Part shown: positions 46,910-56,496 of the stretch, piece after piece | Numbering within the stretch: position 1 is the first letter of the stretch | Layout of the letters: each line of letters begins with the position of its first letter | DNA from: Chloroflexota bacterium | GTDB lineage: Bacteria; Chloroflexota; Dormibacteria; Aeolococcales; Aeolococcaceae | Direction of reading: 5' to 3' | Assembly: GCA_005880985.1 (NCBI GenBank) | Contig: VBIQ01000008.1 | Span: 64,003-128,002 of the forward strand | Length of the DNA stretch: 64,000 bases | The notes under the pieces: generated by a model | The model's database searches: none | Seen by the model: only the letters and a program-made list of their open reading frames with translations | What the model was told of the DNA's origin: nothing | Position numbers and translations under genes: made by a program

Positions 46910-47470
46910 ATGCGGGGAGCACCGCGACCACGTGCTCGGCGCGGGCTGGTGCTGGCGGTGGCCGCCGTATCGCTCGGCATCTCCGCCTGCGGCAGCGCCG
47001 CGTCGAGCCCGGCGACCTCGACCGAGGCAACCGCCTTCGTGCTGCCGCGGCTCAACGGGAGCGGCGAGGTCCGCCTCGCCGACCTGCGCGGCCACCCGGT
47101 GGTGGTGAACTTCTTCGCCTCGTGGTGCACCGCCTGCCGGGGGGAGCTTCCCATCCTCGCCGACGTCTCGCGCCGGCTCCGCGGCCGGGTGACCTTCGCC
47201 GGCGTCAACGCCTACGAGAGCGGTGACGGGATGGCGATGGCCCGCAGCTTCGGCATCGACTGGTGGCCGCTGGCCCGCGATGTCGACGGCGCCCAGGACA
47301 GCGGGCTCCACGACAACCTCTTCGCCGGCAAGGCGATGCCCATCACCGCCTTCTACGACGCCACCGGGCGCCTGCTGTACGTCAACCCGGGAGCCCTCAC
47401 CGCGGACGCTCTCCGCGCTGCCCTCGAGCAGTACGCGGGGGTGGCCGTCCAGGCCGACACCACCCTTTAA
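46910..47470 (+). CDS. TlpA/ResA-like thiol-disulfide oxidoreductase lipoprotein
   Basis: Lipobox ISAC; VVNFFASWCTACRGELP. Confidence 0.88.
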   Translation: MRGAPRPRARRGLVLAVAAVSLGISACGSAASSPATSTEATAFVLPRLNGSGEVRLADLRGHPVVVNFFASWCTACRGELPILADVSRRLRGRVTFAGVNAYESGDGMAMARSFGIDWWPLARDVDGAQDSGLHDNLFAGKAMPITAFYDATGRLLYVNPGALTADALRAALEQYAGVAVQADTTL

Positions 47471-47476
47471 GTGATC

Positions 47477-47496
47477 GTCGCGCTCCGTTGCGCGAC
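47477..47496. terminator. Possible short terminator hairpin
   Basis: GTCGCGC-TCCGTT-GCGCGAC directly after the TlpA stop; no U tract. Confidence 0.3.
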
Positions 47497-47537
47497 CGCG
47501 ACCGGGCCCGAACGGGGCGACCCGTAGGCTCGCCAGG

Positions 47538-49340
47538 ATGGGTGTGTCCGTCGATCTCGAGGGGGGCGGCGGCCGCCTGCCCGCGCCCGGCGGCGCCGCG
47601 GTTCGGACGGCGCTGCGCGAGCTCTCCGCCAGCCGGTACCCGGAGCGTCCCGAGGCGGTTGCCGGTCGCGAGCGCAGCGCCTCTCCCCTGGCCTTCGCCC
47701 TGATGCTTGCCGCCGCGGTCAGCGCGTCGGTCGTCCTCGGCCGCCCCCATCTCTCCGCCGAGGTCTGGCCGCGGCTGGTGCCGGATGCGGTCGCCGTGAT
47801 GGTGGCCACCGTTCTGCTGATGCCGCGAACCGTGCAGCTGCGGGTTCGATTCTGGCTCTGCGGCATCACCGGCACGATCGCCGCCACCGTCGGTGTCTAC
47901 CTGGCCGTGGTGCCGCTGCGCGGCTCGGGCAACGTGACCTCCGATGTGGTGGTGCTCGGCGTCGCCACCGGTATGATCGCCATCCTGCTGACCAAGTGGC
48001 TCGTCGAGGAGCTGCGCTTCCGGGTTGCCCAGCTGGCGACGCTGGCGGGAACCGACCAGCTGACCGGACTGGCCAACCGGCGGGCCTGGGACGACGAGCT
48101 GCAGCGCGAGCTGCTGCGCGCCCGGCGTGACACCTCTCCACTGTGCATCGCCGTCCTCGACCTCGACCACTTCAAGGCGTTCAACGACATGCGCGGACAC
48201 CCGGAGGGCGACCGCCTGCTCGCCGCCACCGCCGCCGCCTGGCTGGAGGTGCTGCGAGGCGGCGACTTCCTGGCCCGCTACGGGGGCGAGGAGTTCGCCG
48301 CGGTCTTCCGGCGCTGCACCCTCGACGACGCGCTGATCGCCGTCGAGCGCCTGCGGATGGCGGTGCCCGACGAGCAGACCTGCTCGGTGGGCCTCGCCCG
48401 ATGGGATGGTGAGGAGACCGCTGACCAGCTGGTGGCCCGCGCCGACGAAGCGCTGTACATGGCGAAGGTCGGCGGCCGCAACCGCGTCAAGTGTGCGGAG
48501 TGGGTCACCGAGACCGGCGGCCGTCTCGGGGTCACCAACTGGGCTGCCCTCGTGCCCAAGATCATCGCGGACGAGGGACTCGTCTCCGCCTACCAGCCGA
48601 TCGTCGACCTCGGCAGCGGCACCGTGGTGGCCCACGAGGCATTGGCGCGGCCCGGCGTGGAGTACGACGGCAGTGTCGAGGGACTCTTCACCGCCGCCCA
48701 CAAGATGGGCATGGGCTGCGACCTCGACTGGCTCTGCCGGCGCGCTGCGCTGGTGGGCTCGGAGTGGATCCCGCAGGGCGTGCCCCTGTTCATCAACGTC
48801 AACGTCTCGACGCTGCTCGACACCAACCTGCGGGTCGACCACATGCTGCTGCTGCTGGAGGGCTACAGCGGCCGGAGCCCGGAGGAGGTGGTGCTGGAGA
48901 TCACCGAGCGCGAGGTGTTCAGCGACCTGGTGCGGTTGCGCCTGGTGGTCGGGCTGTACCGGCAGCGCGGTTTCCGCTTCGCCATCGACGACGTCGGTGA
49001 GGGCCACTCGACCCTCGAGGTGCTTGCCGCGGTCACCCCCGAATACATCAAGATCGCCCGTCCCATGGTTGTCGACGCGCTCAGCGTCGGACCGCGGGCC
49101 GCGGTCGCGGCGGTGGTCGCCTTCGCTCAGGCGAGCGGTTCGACCGTCATCGCCGAGGGAATCGAGTCGGAGCTGACCGCCAGCTTCATGCGGCGCATGG
49201 GCGTCCATCTGGGCCAGGGATTCCACTTCGGCCGTCCGCTGGTACCGGCCGGCACGGCGCTGAACCTGTCGGTGCCGCTGCTGCGTCCGCCCAGCGGCGG
49301 AAGCACAGGCCTGCTAGCCGGCGGCGCCCAGGTGGCCTGA
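47538..49340 (+). CDS. Membrane-bound GGDEF-EAL protein
   Basis: About 4 TM helices; DQLTGLANRR, DLDHFK.FND, RGGD (RxxD) + RYGGEEF; YQPIV, HEALAR, LEITE, IDDVGEGHS, EGIE, GQGF. Confidence 0.93.
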   Translation: MGVSVDLEGGGGRLPAPGGAAVRTALRELSASRYPERPEAVAGRERSASPLAFALMLAAAVSASVVLGRPHLSAEVWPRLVPDAVAVMVATVLLMPRTVQLRVRFWLCGITGTIAATVGVYLAVVPLRGSGNVTSDVVVLGVATGMIAILLTKWLVEELRFRVAQLATLAGTDQLTGLANRRAWDDELQRELLRARRDTSPLCIAVLDLDHFKAFNDMRGHPEGDRLLAATAAAWLEVLRGGDFLARYGGEEFAAVFRRCTLDDALIAVERLRMAVPDEQTCSVGLARWDGEETADQLVARADEALYMAKVGGRNRVKCAEWVTETGGRLGVTNWAALVPKIIADEGLVSAYQPIVDLGSGTVVAHEALARPGVEYDGSVEGLFTAAHKMGMGCDLDWLCRRAALVGSEWIPQGVPLFINVNVSTLLDTNLRVDHMLLLLEGYSGRSPEEVVLEITEREVFSDLVRLRLVVGLYRQRGFRFAIDDVGEGHSTLEVLAAVTPEYIKIARPMVVDALSVGPRAAVAAVVAFAQASGSTVIAEGIESELTASFMRRMGVHLGQGFHFGRPLVPAGTALNLSVPLLRPPSGGSTGLLAGGAQVA

Positions 49341-50267
49341 GCCCCCGGCCGGGGCGAGCGCATCCTCTCCCGCGGTCGCCAGCGCCCGGCTGACGTCGGG
49401 GCGGCCCGACCAGCTGAGCACCGTCTCGAGGAAGCGATCGGGGTCCTCGATCTGCGGCGTGTGGCCGAGACCGTCGAGCATGCGGAGGGTCCAGTCGGGA
49501 TGACGGGCAGCGAGCGCCCGGGCTGACACCGGCGACACCAGGCGGTCACGCTCGCCCTGGATGAGCAGGGTGGGGGAGCGGACCGCGCCGGTCAGGCGAA
49601 AGAAGCGCCGGCGGACCAGCAGCATGCGGGTCAGCGAGCGCCCCGCCGCCCGGGTGGCAGGGACGCTCCAGGGCATGGCCGCGCGGTCGCGCGCCGCGGC
49701 CGCGAATGCCTGCACCACCTCGTCGGACAGGCGGCTGGGATCGCCGAAGCACATCGTCAGCGTCTCGCGGACCAGCCGTTCGGCGGCCACCGTGCGCATC
49801 CGCCGCTGCATCAGCCGCAGGCCCAGCAGTGGGATGCCGTACACCACTCCCATCCGCACCACCTGGGGGTCGAGCCTGGCACCGCGCGCATGGGGAACGG
49901 CCGGGTCGACGAGGACCAGGGCGGCCACGTGCTCGGGACGCAGCGCGGCCTCCAGCAGAGAGATCAGCCCACCCATCGAGTTGCCGACAAGAATGGCAGG
50001 TACACCGGAGACCTCGAGCAGGAAGCGGTCGAGAAGGGCGCGGTTGGCGGGGATGGTGGCCCGGGTCGGCGGTATCGCCGGCGTATGCCCGAAGCCGGCC
50101 AGGTCGAGCGCGAAGACTCGGAAGTCCCGGGTCAGTGCTGGGGCGACGTACATCCAGTCGGCGTGCGAGCCACCGAGTCCGTGGACCAGCACCAGGCGTG
50201 GTCCCTGCCCGCCGTGATCGACGGCGTGGACCTCGACACCCAGGTCGACGGTGAAGCTGCGCATCAT
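49314..50267 (-). CDS. Alpha/beta hydrolase
   Basis: VHGLGGS, DLAGFG, GNSMGG, GERDRLV, GHTPQ. Confidence 0.9.
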   Translation of the reverse strand: MMRSFTVDLGVEVHAVDHGGQGPRLVLVHGLGGSHADWMYVAPALTRDFRVFALDLAGFGHTPAIPPTRATIPANRALLDRFLLEVSGVPAILVGNSMGGLISLLEAALRPEHVAALVLVDPAVPHARGARLDPQVVRMGVVYGIPLLGLRLMQRRMRTVAAERLVRETLTMCFGDPSRLSDEVVQAFAAAARDRAAMPWSVPATRAAGRSLTRMLLVRRRFFRLTGAVRSPTLLIQGERDRLVSPVSARALAARHPDWTLRMLDGLGHTPQIEDPDRFLETVLSWSGRPDVSRALATAGEDALAPAGGSGHLGAAG

Positions 50268-51172
50268 CCGGTGGCGACGTCGACGGCGGGGACGTGGCCG
50301 GCGAGGGTGCCGTCCGCCGCCGATCGCAGCTCACCGATGGTCACCGGACCCTCGAAGCGGTCGGCGACGACCCCCTGGGCGTTGACGAAGTAGACCCACG
50401 GCTCACTCTGGAACCCGAAGGCAGTGAACACCGGGTTCTCCGGCGCCTTGCCGGTGGGGCCGGCGGGGAAGTTGACCTCGATGTGCTCGAAGAGCAGCTT
50501 GTCGCAGTACTGGGCGCAGAGCTTCTCCAGCACCTGCACGGTGGGCCCGCAGGTCTGCGTCTGGCAGAAACCCGGTTGACCGAAGTAGAGAACCATCGGG
50601 CGGTGTTGCGCCAGCCCATCGGCGATGGTGGCGGTGTGCCAGTCGTCGGGCTTGGGGACCCCGCTGTCGAGCTGGGCCAGGGTCACGCCGGGCTCACCGA
50701 GGATGTGCTGGCGTGCCGCGGGGACCTGGAAGCCGACGGGGAGGCTGGGCGACTTGGTGGTGACATCGACGTTGGCCTGGCCGGTGGCGTGGACCCCGCC
50801 GGGCAGCGTCGCGTCGATGACGTAGCGGTAGCGTCCCGCGGCGGGGAATCGCGCCGTGCCCAGATAGACGGGAATGGAGCCGTACTCGGGGCCGATGTAC
50901 TCGAGCGGCCGCTGCTCGGGCACCGCCGCGCCGGGTCCGTCGATGGTCAGGGTGACCCCGGTGGCACCGTTCACTGCCTTGCGGTCGGAGCTGAAGAGGG
51001 CGACGCCGACGCGGTCGAGACCGACCAGCAGCATCGAGTTCTGCGCCTCGACCACGAGGAAGCCCGGCACCGCCGACGCGGTGGACGACGAGGCGATGTT
51101 GCTCTCGCCACACGCGACCGCGGCCAGGGCGGCGGCGGCGAGGACGGCTGTCAGAGTGGCGCGGACGCGCAT
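50264..51172 (-). CDS. Uncharacterised lipoprotein with C-terminal thioredoxin-like domain (CxxxxC)
   Basis: Lipobox AVAC; FGQPGFCQTQTCGP; SEPWVYFVNAQG...RFEG; TATACT -10 at 51208-51213. Confidence 0.75.
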   Translation of the reverse strand: MRVRATLTAVLAAAALAAVACGESNIASSSTASAVPGFLVVEAQNSMLLVGLDRVGVALFSSDRKAVNGATGVTLTIDGPGAAVPEQRPLEYIGPEYGSIPVYLGTARFPAAGRYRYVIDATLPGGVHATGQANVDVTTKSPSLPVGFQVPAARQHILGEPGVTLAQLDSGVPKPDDWHTATIADGLAQHRPMVLYFGQPGFCQTQTCGPTVQVLEKLCAQYCDKLLFEHIEVNFPAGPTGKAPENPVFTAFGFQSEPWVYFVNAQGVVADRFEGPVTIGELRSAADGTLAGHVPAVDVATG

Positions 51173-51379
51173 TGTGTCGGGTGTCCTTCCGGGCTGAACC
51201 GGCGGCGAGTATAGCGACGGGCTTGGCGGCGGCCTCGATGCCCGCCACCTGTGACTCAGTACCCCGGGGGGTGACACCGCCGCTCGGCGCCGCTCGTCAT
51301 GCCGCTGCTCAGCCCTGCTCGCGGCGGCTATGCCAGCTCCCCTGTTGTGGCCAATGCTTTCCGCAACGTCGGCGCCGGG

Positions 51380-51439
51380 ACGCCGAGCCGGCCGGCTGAT
51401 CGCTGATTTCGAGGGGCGTCAGCCGGCCGGGCTCGGCGT
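51380..51439 (-). terminator. Long inverted repeat, probable terminator after the cupin gene
   Basis: ACGCCGAGCCGGCCGGCTGA (51380-51399) pairs with TCAGCCGGCCGGGCTCGGCGT (51419-51439), one bulge. Confidence 0.65.
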
Positions 51440-51443
51440 TTAG

Positions 51444-51815
51444 CTACCGCTTGGCGTAGTCGGCGATGCCCTGCCAGTCGACGACGACGCAGCGGTCGCC
51501 GCCAACCACCCAGGCATCGTGGCCCGGGGGCACGATCATCAGGTCGCCGGTACCGAACTCCTCCTGCGACCCGTCGTCCATCACCACCTTCATCCGCCCG
51601 GAGACGACGTACCCCATGTGGGCGCCCTGACAGCTGTTGGTCTTGGCGATGGGCTTGACGTGCTCGGACCAGCGCCATCCTGGCTCGAAGGTGGCCCGGC
51701 CGACCGGCCCGGTATCGGCGTTCACCAGCTCGAGCTTGCCTTTGCCCTGCTCGAAGGGCCGGGTCTCCTCGGGAGAGTCGAAGCTCTTGCGAACCATCTT
51801 GACTGCTGCGGCCAT
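51444..51815 (-). CDS. Cupin domain protein
   Basis: PGWRWSEHVK...SCQ..H.GYVVSG, PPGHDAWVVG; SD GAGGAGG. Confidence 0.88.
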   Translation of the reverse strand: MAAAVKMVRKSFDSPEETRPFEQGKGKLELVNADTGPVGRATFEPGWRWSEHVKPIAKTNSCQGAHMGYVVSGRMKVVMDDGSQEEFGTGDLMIVPPGHDAWVVGGDRCVVVDWQGIADYAKR

Positions 51816-51890
51816 GACTGCCCTCCTCGCGAACCGGCGATCGAGGGGCGCGCCCCCTCGGCCGCATGGTAGCCGCCCGGGACGTCCCGC

Positions 51891-54713
51891 TCAATGGCCC
51901 CGGCGTTCGAGACGGACCTGGCCGGAACGCCGGGCCACGGACGCTGCCAGCTGCACCCGCGAGCTGACGCCGAGCTTGGTGAAGACGTGGGAGAGGTGGG
52001 TCTCCACGGTGCGGCGGGAGACGAAGAGGCGCGCTCCGATCTCGGGGTTGGTGAGCCCCTGGGCGGCGAGCCGTACCACCTCGCGCTCGGCGGGGGTCAG
52101 GCTCTCCCAGCCGTGCGCGGCGCGGGCATGGCGGCCGCGCGGCCCCGGATGGGCGCCCAGCTCTCGCAGCATCGCCGCCGCCTCCGCCTCGTCGCGACGT
52201 GCCCCGATGCGTCCGAAGATCGACCGCGCCTCCTCGGCCATGGCGACGGCTTCGTCGCGCCGGTCCCTGGCCGCGAGCACCGTGGCGGCGTCGCGACAGG
52301 TGGCCGCCAGGTCCACCCGGCGCGGGGTGCTCAGGTACGCGTCCACCGCGCGTTGCATCAGTGACGGGTCGCGCTCGGCCAGGCCGCGGCAGCGCAGCGC
52401 CGCCGCCCGGGCGCTCGGGATCATGGCGCGGGCCGCCGTGCGGTCGACGGCGGTCAGCACCCGCCCGACCAGGGCCCGGTCCGCGGTCGACCCCGAGAGC
52501 CGGATCAGCGGCGGCCCCAGCATCAGCTGGACCGAGAGGGCCTCCAGCGCCGTGGCGCACAACCACCCCCTCTGCACGATCTCCAGGGCCCGGTCGCGCT
52601 CGCCTCGCGCCTCCGCGAGCGCAGCCTGGGCCATCGCCAGCCACTCCCACCCGAATTCACGGGGCTCGTCGGTGCCGAAGGCGCGCTCGGCGTGGCGGAG
52701 GTGGGCGGTGGCGCCGTCGAGCTCGTCGCGGTGGACGGCGATCAGTGCGAGCCGGGCGAGGATGTGGGGCACCGACCAGCGCGTTTCCACCTGCTCAGCG
52801 ACGAGCAGGCCGGCCTCGAGCTCGGCGACGGCATCGTCCCACGCCCCCACGAGGAAGTCGGCGTGGGCCTGGACCGGGTCGTGGAGGGCGAGATGCCAGC
52901 TTCGCTCGCCCTGGTTTGCGGTTCGACGGCTCGCCGCCAGCGCCTGGCGGGCCTCGTCGATGCGGCCCGCCTCCGCCAGCAGCCATCCGTGCCAGACGTG
53001 CGGGGTGCGGCCGAGCGTCTCGTCCCCGCCCGCCTGGGCGAGGGCCACGGCCCGGGCGGAGAGCTCGACCGCCTTGGCCGTGTAGCCGCGGCCGGCGGCG
53101 GTGATCGACAGCGCCAGCAGGCCGGTGGACACCGCCCGGGCGTCGCGGACCCCCGCCCCGATGAGCACCGCCGTCTCGGCGGCGCGAGAGGCGCCGGGCA
53201 GATCGCAGCCCAGGGCAAGCACCAGAGCGGCCTGGGCCAGCAGCTGGGCCCGTCGCGGCTCCGGGGTCTCGTCGCGCGCCGCGATCAGCGAGAACTGCTC
53301 TGCCGCCTCCTGCCAGCGCCCCAGGAAGGCCAGGGCGCGGGCCAGCACCAGCCGGGCCCTTTCCTCGGGGCCGCCCGGTGCCGCTCCCTCCAGCAGGGCG
53401 CGCGCCGCCAGCTCGCCCTCGCGGGGCCTGCCCGCCCAGACCAGGACGTCGGCCTCGTCGAGCCGCAGCGCCCGCTGGTCGCGGTAGCCGGTGCCGGCCA
53501 GCCGTGAGGCGCTGGCGATCAGCTCGCGGGCGGCCGCGGGTGCCTGGGCCGACGCCTCAAGTGCCGCCTGGCGCAGCCAGCCGACGGTCTCCTCGTCACC
53601 CGGCTCGGCTCCCAAGGCCAGCTGGGTCGCAACCCGCCAGGCCGGGGCGTGGCGGGCAGCCAGGGCACGCCCCGCTTGGAGGTGGAGGGCGGTGCGCAAC
53701 GGGGGTGGCTGCTCCAGGTAGACGAGCTCGCGGACCACCGGGTGCCGGAAGGCATAGCGTTCGCCCTTCTCGACGATCAGGCCGAGACGGGCCGCCTCCT
53801 CGAGCGCCGGGGCCAGCTCGACGGCAGGCGTGGCGAGCACCGCCGCCAGGTCATCGACGGGGAAGCTCGAACCCAGCAGCGAGGCCGCCTTGAGAACCGC
53901 GAGATGCTGGCGATCGAGGGTTCGCAGCCGCCGGCGCATCAGCCCGCGAAGGCGTCGAGGCAGCGTGGGCCTGCCCATCAGCTCGGCAACCCCGTCGGCG
54001 ACCTCGACGGCACCGTCGTCGCGCAGGCCGTTGACCAGCTCGGTGACCAGCAGCGGGTCGCCGCCGGCGCCCAAAACCTGTTCCAGCAGGCGAGGACCCG
54101 GCTCGGTGCCGACCATCACCCGCACCAGGTCCACCACCGCGGCCGCGTCGAGTGGCGCCAGCTCGATGATCGTCGCCCCCGCGCTGCCGGCGGCGGCCGC
54201 GAACGCGGCCAGCTCCGGGGACGGCGCCGAGGCTCGGAAGGCAGCGAGGATGAGAAGCCGCCTGGCCTCCGCCCGTCTCCCCAAGCGGTCCAGCGCCAGC
54301 AGGGTGCCGGGGTCGGCCCGGTCGAGGTCGTCGAGGGCGATGGCCACCGCGGCGCGACCCGCCAGGCGGTCGACGTGAGCGATCAGGCCGTTGATGAGCC
54401 GGGCGCGCCCGGCCTCCGACCCCGGGGACCGATCGGCGAGCCCGGCGAGGGTCGGGTCGCCGGCTGCGTCCGCGACGCCCAGGGCGTCGAGCAGCGCCCC
54501 ACAGGGGCGGCCCGCCTCGGCCACGCCGGCGCCGGCGGAGAAGACCTGGCAGCCGCATCGCCTGGCCTCGGCGACGCCCTCCTCGAGCAGGCGGGTCTTG
54601 CCCACGCCGGGCTCTCCCTCGATGAGCACCATCTGGCCGCGCCCGGTGCCGGCGTCGGCGACCGCGCCGCGGAGAATGGCCATCTCGCGGTCACGGCCCA
54701 GCAAGGCCTGCAT
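51891..54713 (-). CDS. STAND/AAA ATPase - LuxR HTH regulator (MalT/LAL-like)
   Basis: LLGRDRE, Walker A GEPGVGKT, Walker B ALDDL, FRHPVVRE, C-terminal LTPAE..V...GLTNPEIG..LFVS.RTVETHLS. Confidence 0.93.
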   Translation of the reverse strand: MQALLGRDREMAILRGAVADAGTGRGQMVLIEGEPGVGKTRLLEEGVAEARRCGCQVFSAGAGVAEAGRPCGALLDALGVADAAGDPTLAGLADRSPGSEAGRARLINGLIAHVDRLAGRAAVAIALDDLDRADPGTLLALDRLGRRAEARRLLILAAFRASAPSPELAAFAAAAGSAGATIIELAPLDAAAVVDLVRVMVGTEPGPRLLEQVLGAGGDPLLVTELVNGLRDDGAVEVADGVAELMGRPTLPRRLRGLMRRRLRTLDRQHLAVLKAASLLGSSFPVDDLAAVLATPAVELAPALEEAARLGLIVEKGERYAFRHPVVRELVYLEQPPPLRTALHLQAGRALAARHAPAWRVATQLALGAEPGDEETVGWLRQAALEASAQAPAAARELIASASRLAGTGYRDQRALRLDEADVLVWAGRPREGELAARALLEGAAPGGPEERARLVLARALAFLGRWQEAAEQFSLIAARDETPEPRRAQLLAQAALVLALGCDLPGASRAAETAVLIGAGVRDARAVSTGLLALSITAAGRGYTAKAVELSARAVALAQAGGDETLGRTPHVWHGWLLAEAGRIDEARQALAASRRTANQGERSWHLALHDPVQAHADFLVGAWDDAVAELEAGLLVAEQVETRWSVPHILARLALIAVHRDELDGATAHLRHAERAFGTDEPREFGWEWLAMAQAALAEARGERDRALEIVQRGWLCATALEALSVQLMLGPPLIRLSGSTADRALVGRVLTAVDRTAARAMIPSARAAALRCRGLAERDPSLMQRAVDAYLSTPRRVDLAATCRDAATVLAARDRRDEAVAMAEEARSIFGRIGARRDEAEAAAMLRELGAHPGPRGRHARAAHGWESLTPAEREVVRLAAQGLTNPEIGARLFVSRRTVETHLSHVFTKLGVSSRVQLAASVARRSGQVRLERRGH

Positions 54714-54989
54714 GCGAACCCCTTCCGTGGCGGTCCAAGCGATCCCGTCGAGCCGCCTGGGATCCGCCCAGCATATCCGGTAGGTCCCTGATGTCTGAAA
54801 CGGTGAGAAGCGCGACCATCAACGTCGAGCGACGCACCGAGGCGGGGTGGCACTCGAGGCGGGGCAGCCAGGCCCCCGGGCGGGGGGGGAATCGACGCCC
54901 CGGGAGGGGTCTGTTCGCCCGCCTATGTCGACGGCGGGCGATGTGGCAGAATGGTGGTCTTCCCCGTCCCCCATTCCGCGGTCTCATTC

Positions 54990-55271
54990 ATGGATCTCGA
55001 GACGGGCGCCGCCCTCGAGGGCGAAGAGCCCCGCGATGCCACCGCTCGCGATGTCGAGTACTGGCTCAGCATCTATGACGGCCTGCTCTCCTTCACCGAG
55101 GAGATGCTGCAGCGCACGCGCGACTTCATGCGAGAAGCGCCGATGCCGGCTCGCCGGCACCTCGAGACGACCAACGTTCGGATCATGGAGGAGGAGCTGG
55201 CCCAGTTCCGGGCGCGCCTCGACTACTGGCGGCAGCAGCGCGACGAGGCTCGGGGCCAGGCTCAATCCTGA
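54990..55271 (+). CDS. Hypothetical helical protein (W-x3-Y...RARLDYW), paralog of 55286-55603
   Basis: GC-type codon usage; extended -10 TG-g-CAGAAT at 54944-54952; visible homology to the convergent neighbour. Confidence 0.8.
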   Translation: MDLETGAALEGEEPRDATARDVEYWLSIYDGLLSFTEEMLQRTRDFMREAPMPARRHLETTNVRIMEEELAQFRARLDYWRQQRDEARGQAQS

Positions 55272-55285
55272 CGACCCGACGACGG

Positions 55286-55603
55286 TCAGCGATGGCCGCC
55301 GGCGGGTGGCTCCCTGACCTTGTTCTTCCAGTACTCGAGGCGCGCGCGATAGCGGAGCAACTGGTTGCGCAGCAGCCGCTCGTCCGCAGACATCGCTCGC
55401 CCGCCGGCGGCCGGCATCACCTTCAGCGCCCTTCCCGACCCGAGCAGGACCTCGTTCTTGTAGGCGATGCGGTCGCGATAGCTGGAGACCCAGTGCTCGG
55501 CTTGGGATGCGCCCGCGATGACAAACGCATCGCTGCTCCTGCCAGCCGGTGGGCGCCGCGACGTGGAGTCGTCGCCGCCCATGACGTACGGTCGTCGAAC
55601 CAC
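55286..55603 (-). CDS. Hypothetical helical protein (W-x3-Y...RARLEYW), paralog of 54990-55271
   Basis: TATGAT -10 at 55668-55673; homology to the neighbour. Start GTG 55603 or ATG 55582. Confidence 0.72.
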   Translation of the reverse strand: MVRRPYVMGGDDSTSRRPPAGRSSDAFVIAGASQAEHWVSSYRDRIAYKNEVLLGSGRALKVMPAAGGRAMSADERLLRNQLLRYRARLEYWKNKVREPPAGGHR

Positions 55604-55722
55604 GCTTCCGTTCCCTCGCAGCCGCAGCCGGCGCTACTCGAACCGGCAAGCACTCCCCCGTCCTTCGATCATACCCTCATGCCGCCGCGAGATACGAGAG
55701 AACCGCGGGGTTCATCGCTCCG

Positions 55723-56496
55723 GTGACCAACCATGCTCGTGCCGGCTGCGCGACCGCGCTGGTGCTCGCGACCGGCATCGTCGCCGGCTGCGGCGGTTCG
55801 GCGGGCGCGCTGTCAGCGCCACCAGCACAACCGCCGTCGGCCTCGCCCTCCGGGCCGGCTCCGTCGGGCGTCCCCGCGACCGCTGAACCATCAAGCGCGT
55901 CGTTCACCGTCGCCGTCCGTCCCTTTCACGAGCCGGGCGATTTCGCCCACCGCAACTACTGCGGATCGGGCGCCACCGAGGTGCTGCTGTCGGCGTGGAT
56001 CGCCGAGCTCCCCGACCTCGAGACCGTGGCCCGGCGCGCCCACCTGGATCCGCGGAGCGGCCAGACCGGCGCCGACACCACCGCCGGCATCAACTCGTTC
56101 ATCGACCCGCTTGTCACCCCCGCCCTCGGACGCAGCTGGTACCGGCCCGACCATGTCACCGGCATCGCCGCGCTGGAGGCACGGCTGCGCGCCGACCTCG
56201 GCAGCACCCAGGCGCGGCGCCTCTTCGGCCATGCCGTGCCGGTGATGGTGCAGACCATGACCAAGACCATGCCCGGCTGGCGCGGCTGGCAGGCGACCCA
56301 CATGATCACCGTCTCGGCCGCCGACCTCGGTCCCGGCGACCCTGGCCTGGACACCGTGACCTACGCCGAGACGCCGTCGGCGCTGGCGGGGTACCGGGGC
56401 CCCGACTTCCAGACGATGACGGTGGCGGCCCTCTGGCAGGCGATGCACGCCTTCCTGGCCGACGACCCCTCAGATCCGGTCAACGTCATCTGGTGA
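55723..56496 (+). CDS. Lipoprotein with putative C39-like (papain-fold) peptidase domain
   Basis: Lipobox VAGC, Pro/Ser linker, NYCGSGAT (catalytic Cys-like), HMITVSAAD (His...Asp). Confidence 0.6.
   Translation: MTNHARAGCATALVLATGIVAGCGGSAGALSAPPAQPPSASPSGPAPSGVPATAEPSSASFTVAVRPFHEPGDFAHRNYCGSGATEVLLSAWIAELPDLETVARRAHLDPRSGQTGADTTAGINSFIDPLVTPALGRSWYRPDHVTGIAALEARLRADLGSTQARRLFGHAVPVMVQTMTKTMPGWRGWQATHMITVSAADLGPGDPGLDTVTYAETPSALAGYRGPDFQTMTVAALWQAMHAFLADDPSDPVNVIW

Noticed and set aside
51891..54713. STAND ATPase as an Avs-type anti-phage protein
   Set aside because: The C-terminal LuxR HTH and lack of an effector domain indicate an ordinary MalT/LAL-type regulator.
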